A stretch of 64,000 nucleotides of DNA from Pecten maximus. Lineage: Eukaryota. Of this stretch, positions 1 through 11,830 are shown piece after piece. The position numbers were made by a program, and so were the translations under genes. How positions within the stretch are numbered: position 1 is the stretch's first letter; each line of letters begins with the position of its first letter. The DNA lies in contig NC_047023.1 in NCBI RefSeq assembly GCF_902652985.1, forward strand, positions 20,336,001 to 20,400,000. Reading direction: 5' to 3'. The notes beneath the pieces were generated by a model that saw only the letters and a list, made by a program, of their open reading frames with translations, made no database searches and was not told where the DNA came from.

Positions 1-1667
1 GAGTTGGATGTGATATCAAAGGTGAAGCTTTATCTATTGAATGTTTACTGAGAGTTCTTTTTGATATAGAGTTAGAACCGTCCACTAGAGGATTTACAGG
101 ATCGTGTTAATTCGGGCTATTTAAGTAGTGATGATCTTGCATCCATTTTGATTGTAAATGAGAATATATACAACATTATGAGATAATTTTGAATATATAA
201 AAAATCGGACATTACTCTTGGGCAGTAGGAATTATGCATGTTTTACCTTTTTTTCTCAGAATCTTAATTCACACGAGGTCTATGTAGATCTTACAGAAAA
301 GCAGTGCCATTCACTTCCTCTAAAGCCATGATAATCTCACATATTATTTCTGACCCAGAACTCAAAAATAAGCTAAGCCGATTGTGATATTTTCACACGT
401 GGGTAGGTCCTAATACCAGCATTGATTAGGCCTATAGTAAGCTTATAGTATCGGTCAGATGCGGTCGACTTGATTGATGTTAATCTTGTCAATTTCATGG
501 ACAAATGAAACGGATTAACTTTTGCTGTTTCATTGAGTCAATTCCAGTAGAAATTTAAATATTTAAATAATTATGTAATTAGGAGAAAGAGAGATAAGAT
601 ACAAAAAGATACATTTTTGATATATTGAGTCAAAATCATACGATATTCATGTAAGGTTTCTGGTAGCTGAGTGCAAAGCTTTTGTCATTCACTTCCTGTT
701 GAGCAGGTCAGCGCTTGTAATCTGTCATACTCTTGGGTTGAAGGGTAATCTTGAAATCTAAAGCTAAGACAAATGAGAATTTGGCGAAAGAAATAGTGTT
801 CACTAAAGTTTGGGGTTTACTCAGTGCGAAGCAAGATTTGTTTCCTAATAATATCTACTGTATCTACAGCGTTTCTGGCAACTCTCCACATCTTTGTCAT
901 GGTGACGCTATCATCAGATCAGGTCAGATATGTTACAATGATATTTTGTTACCGTGCCATAATTTTCTCATGTTCTCATTGATTCATACTACAAGAATCT
1001 AGAAGATGTAACAGTCATGCTGTGCAGTCATGCTTACAGTTGTCATGATTTAAAAATGATTTCTGTTTTTTTTTTCTGTCTATATTCTTCTCTAAAGTAA
1101 TGTGCCATGTCCACATATCATGTATTGAGCTAAATATAGATGTTGTTTCTCATGTTCAGTTGTTTTGATATAAACTGTACGATCGATACTTTTTCCTTTT
1201 GTCTTCAATGTTGATATACCATCTGTCCCCTCGTCTTTCTTTATGTCGTATATCTAATTTGCTAGTATAGTCTTTTTTCTTTTAACATATGTTATTTTTG
1301 TGTCTTTTTTTTTTTATCTCGATTGTGCTGTCAAATGGTTTCCGTGCAAATCTATATCTCGTGTTCGTATTTTGCCTCCTTTTTTTTTTATCGATTTTGA
1401 AATAGTATTCCGGTTTCGTAATCATATCGGTATTTTTTATTTCATTTTTATTTTTCTTATTTTTTTGCGACGTTGGTACAATCAATAAGTTAGGACACAT
1501 CTTTAACCGTGTATACATTAAATAGCATCTTGTTTCTTATGTGGCATGTACTGTTGCCTTAATAAGCCAATACACACCAGTACCTGCCCTTGAAATCAAC
1601 ATCTTCCCAAAACATTTCTAGATTAAAACAAATCACTATATCATTATTGAAATTTGTTTAACATTGC

Positions 1668-1673
1668 TTTATT
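1668..1673 (-). terminator. Probable polyadenylation signal of copy A
   Basis: AATAAA on the minus strand about 250 nt after the stop codon at 1922. Confidence 0.5.
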
Positions 1674-1921
1674 AATAAGTAAAAAGGGTAAGGAGTATAT
1701 ATCTAACAAACAGTATATAAGTAGAGTCCGGAAACAAGCAACATCAGTGACGTCATGTTTGAACTAATTTAGAAGGCACAGTGCACGTATTGTCCAACAC
1801 AGGATCGATAACTCCATGTTTTCAATACAGGTTCGATAACTCCAGGTAATCAACACACATATTGTCCAATATGGGATAGGTAAAATCCTACTTCACATGG
1901 GATGGTTCTTCACAAAACACG

Positions 1922-4900
1922 TCAAAATTTGGTTGGAGTTTTAATGATGACCTACAAAAAAGAAAAAAGATAATAATAACTAGCCATTGTTTTCATTTTT
2001 TATACCTTTAGAATAGGTTAAATTAAGAGATCATGCATGTTTCATTACTGAAAGTTATGTTGTAATATACTATGGAATTTTGTTATCGTCTATAATTTAA
2101 TACTAAATCATTAAAATGTTGTTTATTTGTTAACGGAAGATAGGTAAAGAGGTAGTAAAGTCTTACCGTTTTGAGTTCTGAATACTCGTGTAAACCATAC
2201 TCGCCCCTGAAAAGGGAGAAAAAAATCATTCAATTAATTTAATAAATAATATTTCTATTTTGATGCATCATAAATGCGATACATCAATTTGTTACAATAT
2301 ACTGTTCTTTCAAAACAAATGCATATGAGTCAGAATGCAGAGACAAAAAAGTAATCGTAAATATGAATTAACTTACAGTTCTCGTCCAATACCAGACATC
2401 TTGAATCCTCCGAATGGACACTGGGCACCAAACACATTGAAGGAATTCACCCTGTAGAAAACAAGAAATCTCCAAATAATGTTATTGGTATTTTTGTGCA
2501 TACGCGAAGAAGTGCGTAGATATTTCGATACGAGGGAACCGTTGGGATCATGACGAGGACAACAACCCCTAGAAGAGGGACGCTAGGGCCGGACACAAAA
2601 CCAGGTACTTCACCTTTGCCTAATTCATGCGAGATTTAAAACAATAATCTAAAGAGCAGGCCATACACAAAACCAATGGTATTGTCTCTATGTGAAAGGT
2701 AAAATTACATTTACACAAATATTAGCTAAGGAACAAGAATCAAGATAAAGGGAAGTAAACTATAGCTGTGTATCATGTTAGATCGTCTAACAATTACATA
2801 CAGTACTTACAATACTGGTATGTAAGGAAGGATTTGGAATTTGGACGCGATAATACAATCGTGAATACGTAAACAGAAATTTGGCATTAGTCGAAGACAG
2901 TAACCAGATAGAAATCAAAGTTGATGGTCCAGCCATTCTGACACAGAAGAATTTGTGCATGCGCTTGCTTACTTAGTTATACCGTTATATCTTCAGCAAG
3001 AGTTTTACAACTGTTACCATATTTGACCCATAACCAATTAAGGCAGCTTTGTTTTAATGTCCGAAGCTGAAAATAATTTATTGTTTATTGGTGACGTACC
3101 AGATTGTTCCGGCTCTGACATGGTTGCTGTAGGTCATGACCTTGTCAAGGTCCTTGGTGCAGATACCGGCAGCCAATCCGTAATTTGTTCTATTTGCCCG
3201 CTGTACGACATCATCCATAGTTCTGAACTTGGTGACTTGCATTACGGGACCACAAATCTGTAACAAGCACACCAAAATGGTATAATGACGCTTCCACAGG
3301 TCAATTTACCTAACAGTCAATTAAATGCATCACTGACCAATCGATTATGGATATGTTATGAATTCGACAGTTTCCACAGACAGGTATTTATTAATATGAT
3401 CTCTCATTTGAAAAAAAAAAATATTAAGTTGCAAACTATGGTTTGTCGGACTTGACTGGTGAATGTACCTCCTCTCTGCCGATGCGCATTTCTTCCGTGA
3501 CACCAGAGAACACTGTCGGCTGGACGAAGTATCCCACGGTACCTTGACGCTTGCCACCACATTCTAGTTTGGCTCCCTGCTGCACTCCGCTTTCTATCAG
3601 GGCGATGACTTTGTCGAATTGCTCCTGGTCAATCTGTGATTAACATAGTTCTCATTATCTTTAGATGATTGCGTTTACATTTGTTTTTGCTGTATTTAAA
3701 CTAAGATCATATTTTAAAAATCGACATCTAAACGATGAGATCAGACAGTAGACTATATCAAAAGGTTTTTTTTTTTATGGAAAAGCAGATATATATTTAT
3801 ATTTAGAGTACGAAGCAAAAGTAAGATAGTTATTATAATTGCAGATTTGGCAATGCATAATGTATATATGTATATATGCAATATGTATCGTTTGAATAAA
3901 TATGAATTTATATATATGAATATATATTATTTGTACCTGGGGTCCACATATGGTCCTAACATCGAAAGGATCCCCGACCACCCGTGATTTGGCCTTCTCT
4001 ACCAGTTTCCTGATGAAGACATCATAGATCTCCTCGTGGACGTAAGTCCTGGATGCGGCACAGCAGTACTGTCCCATGTTGAGGAAGAGTCCATTTTGGC
4101 ATGTTTCCACTGCTCTGTCCACTAGCAAATAGAAGCGATATTACAATACATTACAGTAAGAAGGTTAATAGGAAGGGGTATCGCCGTGAACGCTAAATAC
4201 GAAGTAATACTTTCAAGGAGGAAATGGGTTTGTCTTACAATCACGCAGCGCCATCACCAAATAAAAACAAAATGACAAAAAAGTTTCAAGGATGAGATAT
4301 TACAATTGGTGAAATCCTTTCAAGGAAGGTAAATGAAGGAATACTGTAGTCATCGACAGCAATAGAAAAACAGCAGTTACATATGCATATTGATACTCTT
4401 CAGAAGGAACTTTACTCAATAGTATCTACAATATTGTAATGTATAACGGTAACATATATTTTTCAAGACGAGGTTGTGAAAGCTCTATTACTCAAACAAA
4501 CCATAACTACATTGTCTGAAGGTTTATTAACATTCTTCTGGAGAAAAGATATATTGCTCACCATCGGCGTCAGCAAATATGACATTGGGACTTTTCCCTC
4601 CAAGTTCCAGAGTAACCCTCTTGAGATTGGTACGTGCAGCGGCCTGCATCACAATCTGTCCTACCTATGATTGGAAAACAAGAATATACAAATTTGATAT
4701 CAACAGTATTACTGATATATGTAAAGATTCAAAATTATGTTTTATCCATGAACCACGTACCTCGGTAGATCCTGTAAAAGCGATCCTGTCGATGTCGTAG
4801 TGTTCCGAAATAGCGGCGCCTGCTGTTGGTCCATAGCCTGGAATCACGTTCACTACACCAGGGGGAAATCCAGCCTTAATAAATTAGTTTAGAAATCACA

Positions 4901-7900
4901 CAGAGTAAACAAAACAACAAATCAATAACCTATGTGTTAAACACACTTTTGTTACGTGTCAACGTTTGATGCAAAATCAGTGAAAGAAACGCCTTAAAGA
5001 GTCACCATTTTATGAATTTCCTGCTTCTTTAATTAAAATCAGAAAGATTGAATGAAGTATCTTTTACAGTGATTCGTTGAAAGCCTACCTCCTTGATGAG
5101 CGAGGCTGTGTAAAGAGCGGTGAGTGGGGTCTGCTCGGCCGGTTTAAGGACAACCACGTTACCGCAGGCTAGAGCAGGACCAAGCTTCCAGGCCATCATG
5201 AGGAGAGGGAAATTCCACTGGAGTTAAAGAAGACATTTATATAGGTAATGTACAATATTTGATAGTATCATCATCATGTGACAGTTTTGTTTTATTTAAT
5301 TGTTACTGGTATTTTCGTACTAAATCAATTAATCAAAATTGCCGGGTCCTATTTGATTATAACAATATTTTTGTAGATTTATTTGTGTAGCTATACAATA
5401 CAGCATATTTTACAAAACGATTCAGAAAAAGGGAAATATAATGCCACTAGTTTCTTGGTAAATAAAAGCTTGGCCATCTTGATTTGTATACTTATGCTCT
5501 AACAATGTATTTGTTTACGAGAGAGATATAGTTCATCAGAAAGGTGTGAAGTAACTCGTTTACATAGAAGGGTGGCAAGTTTCCCTCACGTAAAGGTGGA
5601 TTACGTAAGGTGAAATGTGTATATGATACATATTCCTGTAGTGTAAAATTAAAGTTGACAATAACTTACATGAAGAATCTGACCGCAAACTCCCACGGGT
5701 TCATGCTTGGTGTAGCAGAAATACTCGCCGTCTACAAAAGAGCGTTATCAAATACCCACAATATTATATTAAAACAAGAAGATATTTCATAATTAAAAAA
5801 AAAAAAGGGTTTTTATCAACATAAGATCTAACAAATCTAAATAATCAATACCTGTATATCAATGTTATATACGTGATAATGATAACAGGAATATAATTAT
5901 GTGTTAAGCGCACATCATTATCATAATAACTTTAGGGAGAAGAATTAGTGTAATAAACACAGAAATGGTCTTATAAAGGGATCACCGCAAAATGCTACTT
6001 TACCCGTGAAAATGCTTTTGTAAAGGAATTATCACAATATTGCAACTTAAGCCAATGACAATGGTCTTGTTGAGGAATAATTACACTTGGTACTTTAACC
6101 ACGAGGATGGTAAGGAATGATCACACGTGATACTTTACCCATGGGAATAGTCTTGCCACAGATCTTGTCAGTCCAGCCAGCGTAGTACCTGATACACTTC
6201 ATCACAAGGACCATGTCAGTGTTGTACGAGTCAGTGAAAGGTTTGCCACAATCCAGAGTCTCAAGGCTCTACAATGATGAACGATGGAGAACAATGGAGA
6301 GCAATGGAGAACAATAGAGAACAATAGAGAACAATGGAGAACAATATTCATCATGACTAATCTTTCTTGATTTGTTGCATTTTGTGAATTATCATGAGCT
6401 TTCTCGGTATTTCTGAAACTACATAATATAGACTTTTAAATAATAAGGTCATTTTATATTGGCAAAAAATGAAATCGATACGGAACGACCCAAGATAAAA
6501 CAATTAATCAAGGATATATGAATATGCATCCGCTGAAACCAAGTGCTCTTTAACGAAAGCATTCCATCCGAACCAATTCGTTCATTTCTTCCCATAATCA
6601 ACTCACTGCCAAGTAGAGCCTGTCCCGTTCTATAAGATCAGCCAGTCTGTTTAGTAGGCGTCCTCGGTCACTGGCATCCATATTGCGCCATACAGATCCG
6701 GTCTCTATCGCCTTTTTCGCCGCAGCAACAGCCCTGTCAACATCGGCCTGTGGTGATATAAAAAAACAAGAAATCCATCCAACTATTAATTAACCCAAAA
6801 GCCAGGATTTGGTATCTCACCGATCAAACGTATGGAAATTTTCTGATATTGAAACTAATTTGCTGTACTCTGATTTACTTACAAATCGCATATTAAGTTG
6901 TTTAGGAGACAAACAATCGTGTTTATACTGCTTGTTTCTGTTTAGATAAGAAATCTGGTACGTTCATGTATTAACGTAAAATGTTTGCAGCATGACGCTT
7001 TGATATAAAACACGGATACATTACTGAGTTATCTCCCTTGCCTGTAAGCTCTTTCCGGTTTCAACAAGAAAAAGAAATCAATTCGGCATCGGAACAAATT
7101 CGCCAAATTAAGGATAAGAAACTGTTTGCTACCAGAAAATAAGATTTTGTATTTTATTAAGGTTTCCTAAAGACAAAAGAGCGTATGCTAGACTTACAGG
7201 TTTACGATAAACAAGCAATCGTATATACATAACGGTTGCCAAGACTGAACAACGCTTTATCTAATTAGCTACCGACACTGACCTTGTCACCTTCTTGTAC
7301 GTCAACGGTCTTCTTTCCAGTGGCCGGGTTGAGGACGTGAAATGTCTTTCCGCTGGCAGCGTTTACCCATTCATTGTTGATAAACAGCTACAAAAATAGA
7401 AAAAATATATATCATATATCGAATATCTTTTTATTTTTCTGTAGAATTAGAAAACTAGCATATATTTGTCGTTATTAGGACTTTCTAGTATAGTATTATG
7501 GTAATTAGGACTATCTAGTATAGTATTGTAGTAATTAGCTCTGTCCAGTATATTATAGTCGTGTTTAGGATTGTCCAGGACACTTCTGTCGTAATTAGGG
7601 CTGTCTAGTGTATTATTGTAGTAACTAGCACTGTCCAGTATATCATTGCAGTAATTAGAACTGCTCAGTATATTTTTGGATTAATTGCATTGTAGGACTG
7701 TCTAGTAAGGTGGTCCACAGGATAACCGTCTTCTGTTGCATTGAAGACTTGCAAATCTAACTCAAATATGATTCCATGTTCTTAAAATAAGAGCCGAGGT
7801 GGTTACCATGGAAACGCTAGGCATATCACCAACGAACACCGAACGCCTCAAACTTTATAATATACAAGGAATTATAATACTTAAGAAATCACAAAACTAA

Positions 7901-7998
7901 TATACCGTGAAAGAAATTTTCAAACTTTATCACCATGCTATACATACATGTTTAAATCTGATCTCGGGGTTTCTGATTGGTGTAGCCATTGTTGTCAT
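1922..7998 (-). CDS. ALDH1A-type aldehyde dehydrogenase copy A; probable lens Omega-crystallin (ALDH1A9-like), 14 coding exons, 495 aa
   Basis: Exons (minus): 7948-7998 [17 protein letters not shown]; 7283-7387; 6607-6747; 6139-6268; 5670-5731 (..GQILH); 5089-5217 (WNFPLLM..KPAEQTP); 4761-4874 (..FTGSTE); 4562-4664 (TLELGGKSP); 3937-4121 ([11 protein letters not shown]); 3469-3633; 3100-3257 (ICGPV); 2377-2451 ([13 protein letters not shown]); 2167-2206; 1922-1951 (VIIKTPTKF*). All introns GT-AG, phases consistent, no internal stops; internal exon sizes 105/141/130/62/129/114/103/185/165/158/75 match vertebrate ALDH1A genes. No mitochondrial leader. The ALDH call is secure; the crystallin identity is inference. 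Confidence 0.95.
6271..6345. repeat. 10-bp tandem repeat (ACAATGGAGA) abutting the copy A coding-exon-4 acceptor
   Basis: About 7 units running directly into the acceptor AG at 6270-6269. Confidence 0.85.
7455..7706. repeat. Degenerate ~30-bp minisatellite (GTAATTAGGACTGTCTAGTATAGTATTGTA-like)
   Basis: About 8 diverged units in the intron between coding exons 1 and 2 of copy A. Confidence 0.75.
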
Positions 7999-8574
7999 CT
8001 TGTCTCCAAGGTCTGCGGCGAACACCTACTGTATATGTTTCACTAATTCCGTCAAACCTGCAAAAACAAACATAGGATAGGTCGTAAACGATTCAACTTT
8101 CTCGGGGAACACTTATAACAGAATTATATTTTCGAGAATAATACTTGCTGGAAATGTAAGTATTTACCTATAAATGCTTGATATCTTATATTTTATTCTG
8201 TACATTCAGAATGATTTTCTCAAATTCATTTTCTGTATGACCGTCCTGAAATATACACAATCGCGCATTTTCATCAGTTTTAACAATAAAAATATCAGGA
8301 AAATGGATTAAAGGAAACTTAAAAGCTACTGTTATGATCTTACGTACGGGAACCACGTATAGCACCAGGTTGCAAACATCTATAGATAAATAGCTAAATA
8401 CAATAGTCAGTGAGAATCGTGTGACATTTCAAGAGTTAGAAATGTATCATGATGAATTGTAGCCGCTAAGGCAAGGCTATTTACCTGCATGTCGATCAAT
8501 TCCTTCTTGTTAAAAAGAGGTAAAAAATATGTCGACCACAAAACCTAAATCTTTGACTCTGATATCTTTCCCAC

Positions 8575-8812
8575 TTTTTTATATGTCTGGTATCGTTTTT
8601 TATATGTCTGGTATCGTTTTTTATATGTCTGGTATCGCTTTTTATATGTCTGGTATCGTTTTTTATATGTCTGGTATCGCTTTTTATATGTCTGGTATCG
8701 TTTTTTATATGTCTGGTATCGCTTTTTATATGTCTGGTATCGTTTGTTATACGTCTGGTATCGTTTTTTATATGTCTAGTATCGTTTGTTATACGTCTGG
8801 TATCTTTTGTTA
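8575..8812. repeat. 21-bp minisatellite (TTTTTATATGTCTGGTATCGT), about 11 copies
   Basis: Directly visible; produces the spurious FYMSGIV-repeat ORF 8529-8831. Confidence 0.95.
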
Positions 8813-9328
8813 TCGTAATATTATGTTATAAAATATTATTTTCTGCTTGTTCGTGTTTTTGTTACATATATTTGCTAGAAGTTGGATATGTTTAACATTG
8901 AATTAAATTATTCTTTTTTTTAAATCTTATATCAAAAACATGTGAATAGCGAAGTTTAACCCCGAAGAATAATATGACGTCACGAATATCAAACGCAAAA
9001 CAGCAATAAGAACGGCATGACTTTCGATTTACTCCATCGCAAGGTCTAAAGCTGATCCCGTTCGTTTTAGGTAGATCGTGAATAGTCAATACAATATATA
9101 TATATAACATACATAACTTGTGGTGTTACTAAGCATGCAATAAAAACGCCTTTCAAATAGTCAAGAAGCTAACCAAGTGATTTCTGTCAGGCTTGTAGAA
9201 TGGGACATGATCTACTCTCACATCCAAATCTTTATTAAAAAAATATAAGTCATAACAACGTATTACTAAAAATTACCACAGGGACAATTAAATTGAATTG
9301 AAATAGTCAAAATATTATCCAAGAAGGT

Positions 9329-11697
9329 AAAATAAACAGAACGTGACTATACCTGTGACCTTGAAATAAACAGAACTTGACAATACCTGTGACGTTATAA
9401 TAAACAGAACGTGGCTATACCTGTGACAATTAAATAAACAAAACATGACTATACCTGTAACAATTAAATAAACAAAACATTACTATATACCTGTGACGAT
9501 GAAAAAAAAGAACGCGACTTTACCTGTGACGATGAAATCAACAGAACGTGACTACCTGTGACGTCATAATAAATAGAACGTGACTATACCGGTGACGATG
9601 AAATAAACAGAACATGACTAAACCTGTGCCGATGAAATAAATAGACCGTGACTATTACTGTGACGTCATAATGAATTGAATGTGACTATACATGTGACGA
9701 TAAAATAAAACAAAAAGCGTGACTATACCTGTGACGTTAAAATAAACAGAACGCGAAAATACCTGTGAGGTTCTAATAAACAGAGCGTGACTATACCTAT
9801 GACTTCATAATAAACAGAACATAACTGTACCTCTGACGATGAAAAAAGAACGTATCTATACATGTGACGATTAAATGAATGAAACGTGACTATACCTGTG
9901 ACGATAAAATAAACAGAACGCGCCTATACCTGTGATGATATAACAAACAGTCCGTGACTATAGATTTGACGATAGAATTATCAGAACATGACTATTCTTA
10001 TGAAGATAGAATAAACAGAACGTGACTATTCTGATGAAGAGAGACTTAACAGAATGTGACTATACCTGTGACGATAAAATAAACAGAACGTGACAATACC
10101 TGTGATGATATAACAAACAGTCCGTGACTATAGATTATGACGATAGAATAAACAGAACGTGACTATTCTGATGAAGAGAGACTTAACAGAATGTGACTAT
10201 ACCTGTGACGATAAAATAAACAGAACGTGACAATACCTGTGACGATAAAATCAACAGAACGTGACTATACCTACGACGATAAAATAAACAGAACGCGCCT
10301 ATACCTGTGATGATATAACAAACAGTCCGTGACTATAGATTTGACGATAGAATTATCAGAACATGACTATTCTTATGAAGATAGAATAAACAGAACGTGA
10401 CTATTCTGATGAAGAGAGACTTAACAGAATGTGACTATACATGTGACGATAAAATTAACAGAACGTGACTATACCTGTGACGATAAAATAAACAGAACGT
10501 GCCTATACCTGTGATGATATAACAAACAGCCCTTGACTATAGCTGTGACGACAAAACAAACCGAACGTGACTATAGATTTAACGATATAATGATCAGATC
10601 ATGACTATTCCTATGAAGATAGAATAAACAGAACGTGACTATACCATAAACGATAAAATAAACAGAACGTGACTATACCTGTGACGATAAAATTAACAGA
10701 ACATGACTATACCAGTGACGTTGAAATAAACAGAACGTGACTTTATCTGTGACGATGAAATAAACAGACCGTGACTATACCTGTGACGATTAAATTAACA
10801 GAACGTGACTATTCCTATGAAGATAGAATAAACAGAACGTGATTATGCATGTGATAATTAAATAAACAGAACGTGACAATACCTGTGATGATAAGAAAAA
10901 TATAACGTGACTATACCTGTGACGATAAAATAAACAGTCCGTGACTATAGCTGTGACGATAAAACAAATCGAACGTGACTATAGATGTGACGATAGAATC
11001 ATCAGAACATGACTATTCTTATGAAGATAGACTTAGCAGAATGTGACTATACCTGTGACGATTAAATAAACAGAACGTGAAATACCTGTGACGATAAAAT
11101 AAACAGAACGTGACTATACATGTGACGATAAAATGAATAAGAATGTGACTATATCTGTGATGATAAAATTAACAGAACGTGACTATACCTGTGACGATCA
11201 AATGAATAAAACGTGACTATACCTGTGACGATAAAATAACATAACGTGACTATACCTGTGACGATAAAATAAACATAACGTGACTATGCCTGTGACGATT
11301 TAATAAATGGAACGTGAAATACCTATGACGATTAAATAAACAGAACGTGACTATACATGTGACGATGAAATAAACAGAACGTGACTATACCTGTGACGAT
11401 AAAATAAACAGTCCGTGACTATAGCTGTGACGATAAAACAAATCGAACGTGACTATAGATGTGACGATAGAATCATCAGAACATGACTATTCTGATGAAG
11501 AGAGACTTAGCAGAATGTGACTATACCTGTGACGATTAAATAAACAGAACGTGAAATACCTGTGACGATTAAATAAACAGAACGTGAAATACCTGTGACG
11601 ATAAAATAAACAGAACGTGACTATACCTGTGATGATAAAATAAATATTACGTGACTATTCCTATGACGATAAAATAAACAAAACGTGAATATACCTG
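9329..11697. repeat. 34-bp satellite (GACGATAAAATAAACAGAACGTGACTATACCTGT), about 70 copies, in intron 1 of copy A
   Basis: Directly visible with recurring variant series; the upstream end coincides with the exon-1 donor. Confidence 0.95.
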
Positions 11698-11727
11698 TAA
11701 GTCTGTGTACTTCTGCTGCGGCTGTGG
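11695..11727 (-). other. Putative non-coding first exon of ALDH copy A
   Basis: Begins about 30 nt downstream of TATAAAAG (11756-11749) and ends in TTACAG|GTATAT (GT at 11694-11693). A matching acceptor tttgtttttgcag| opens the ATG-containing exon at 8057. The TSS is estimated from TATA spacing only. Confidence 0.65.
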
Positions 11728-11748
11728 TTTCTCTGGCTGACGACGGCA

Positions 11749-11830
11749 CTTTTATAGGAGACAGCAAGACATACTGATTAAAACCTGAGTACGTCCACTT
11801 AGCTTTGCGCACTCAAGCTGACGTCATCAA
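11749..11830 (-). promoter_or_regulatory. Copy A promoter: TATA box and perfect CRE adjoining/overlapping a Pax6-like site
   Basis: TATAAAAG at 11749-11756 (minus); TGACGTCA at 11819-11826; minus-strand GCTTGAGTGC (11818-11809) fits the 3' half of the Pax6 paired-domain consensus GCWTSANTKM, and a full site would overlap the CRE. Confidence 0.7.

Noticed and set aside
1-1600. Possible gene or transposon at the window start (ORFs 751-1518)
   Set aside because: No recognisable protein motif, exon chain or terminal repeat that I can support.
1922-7998. Copy A as a pseudogene
   Set aside because: All 14 exons are open and in phase with canonical splice sites; the changes are missense only.
8529-8831. 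100-aa FYMSGIV-repeat ORF
   Set aside because: Translation of a 21-bp minisatellite, antisense within an intron.
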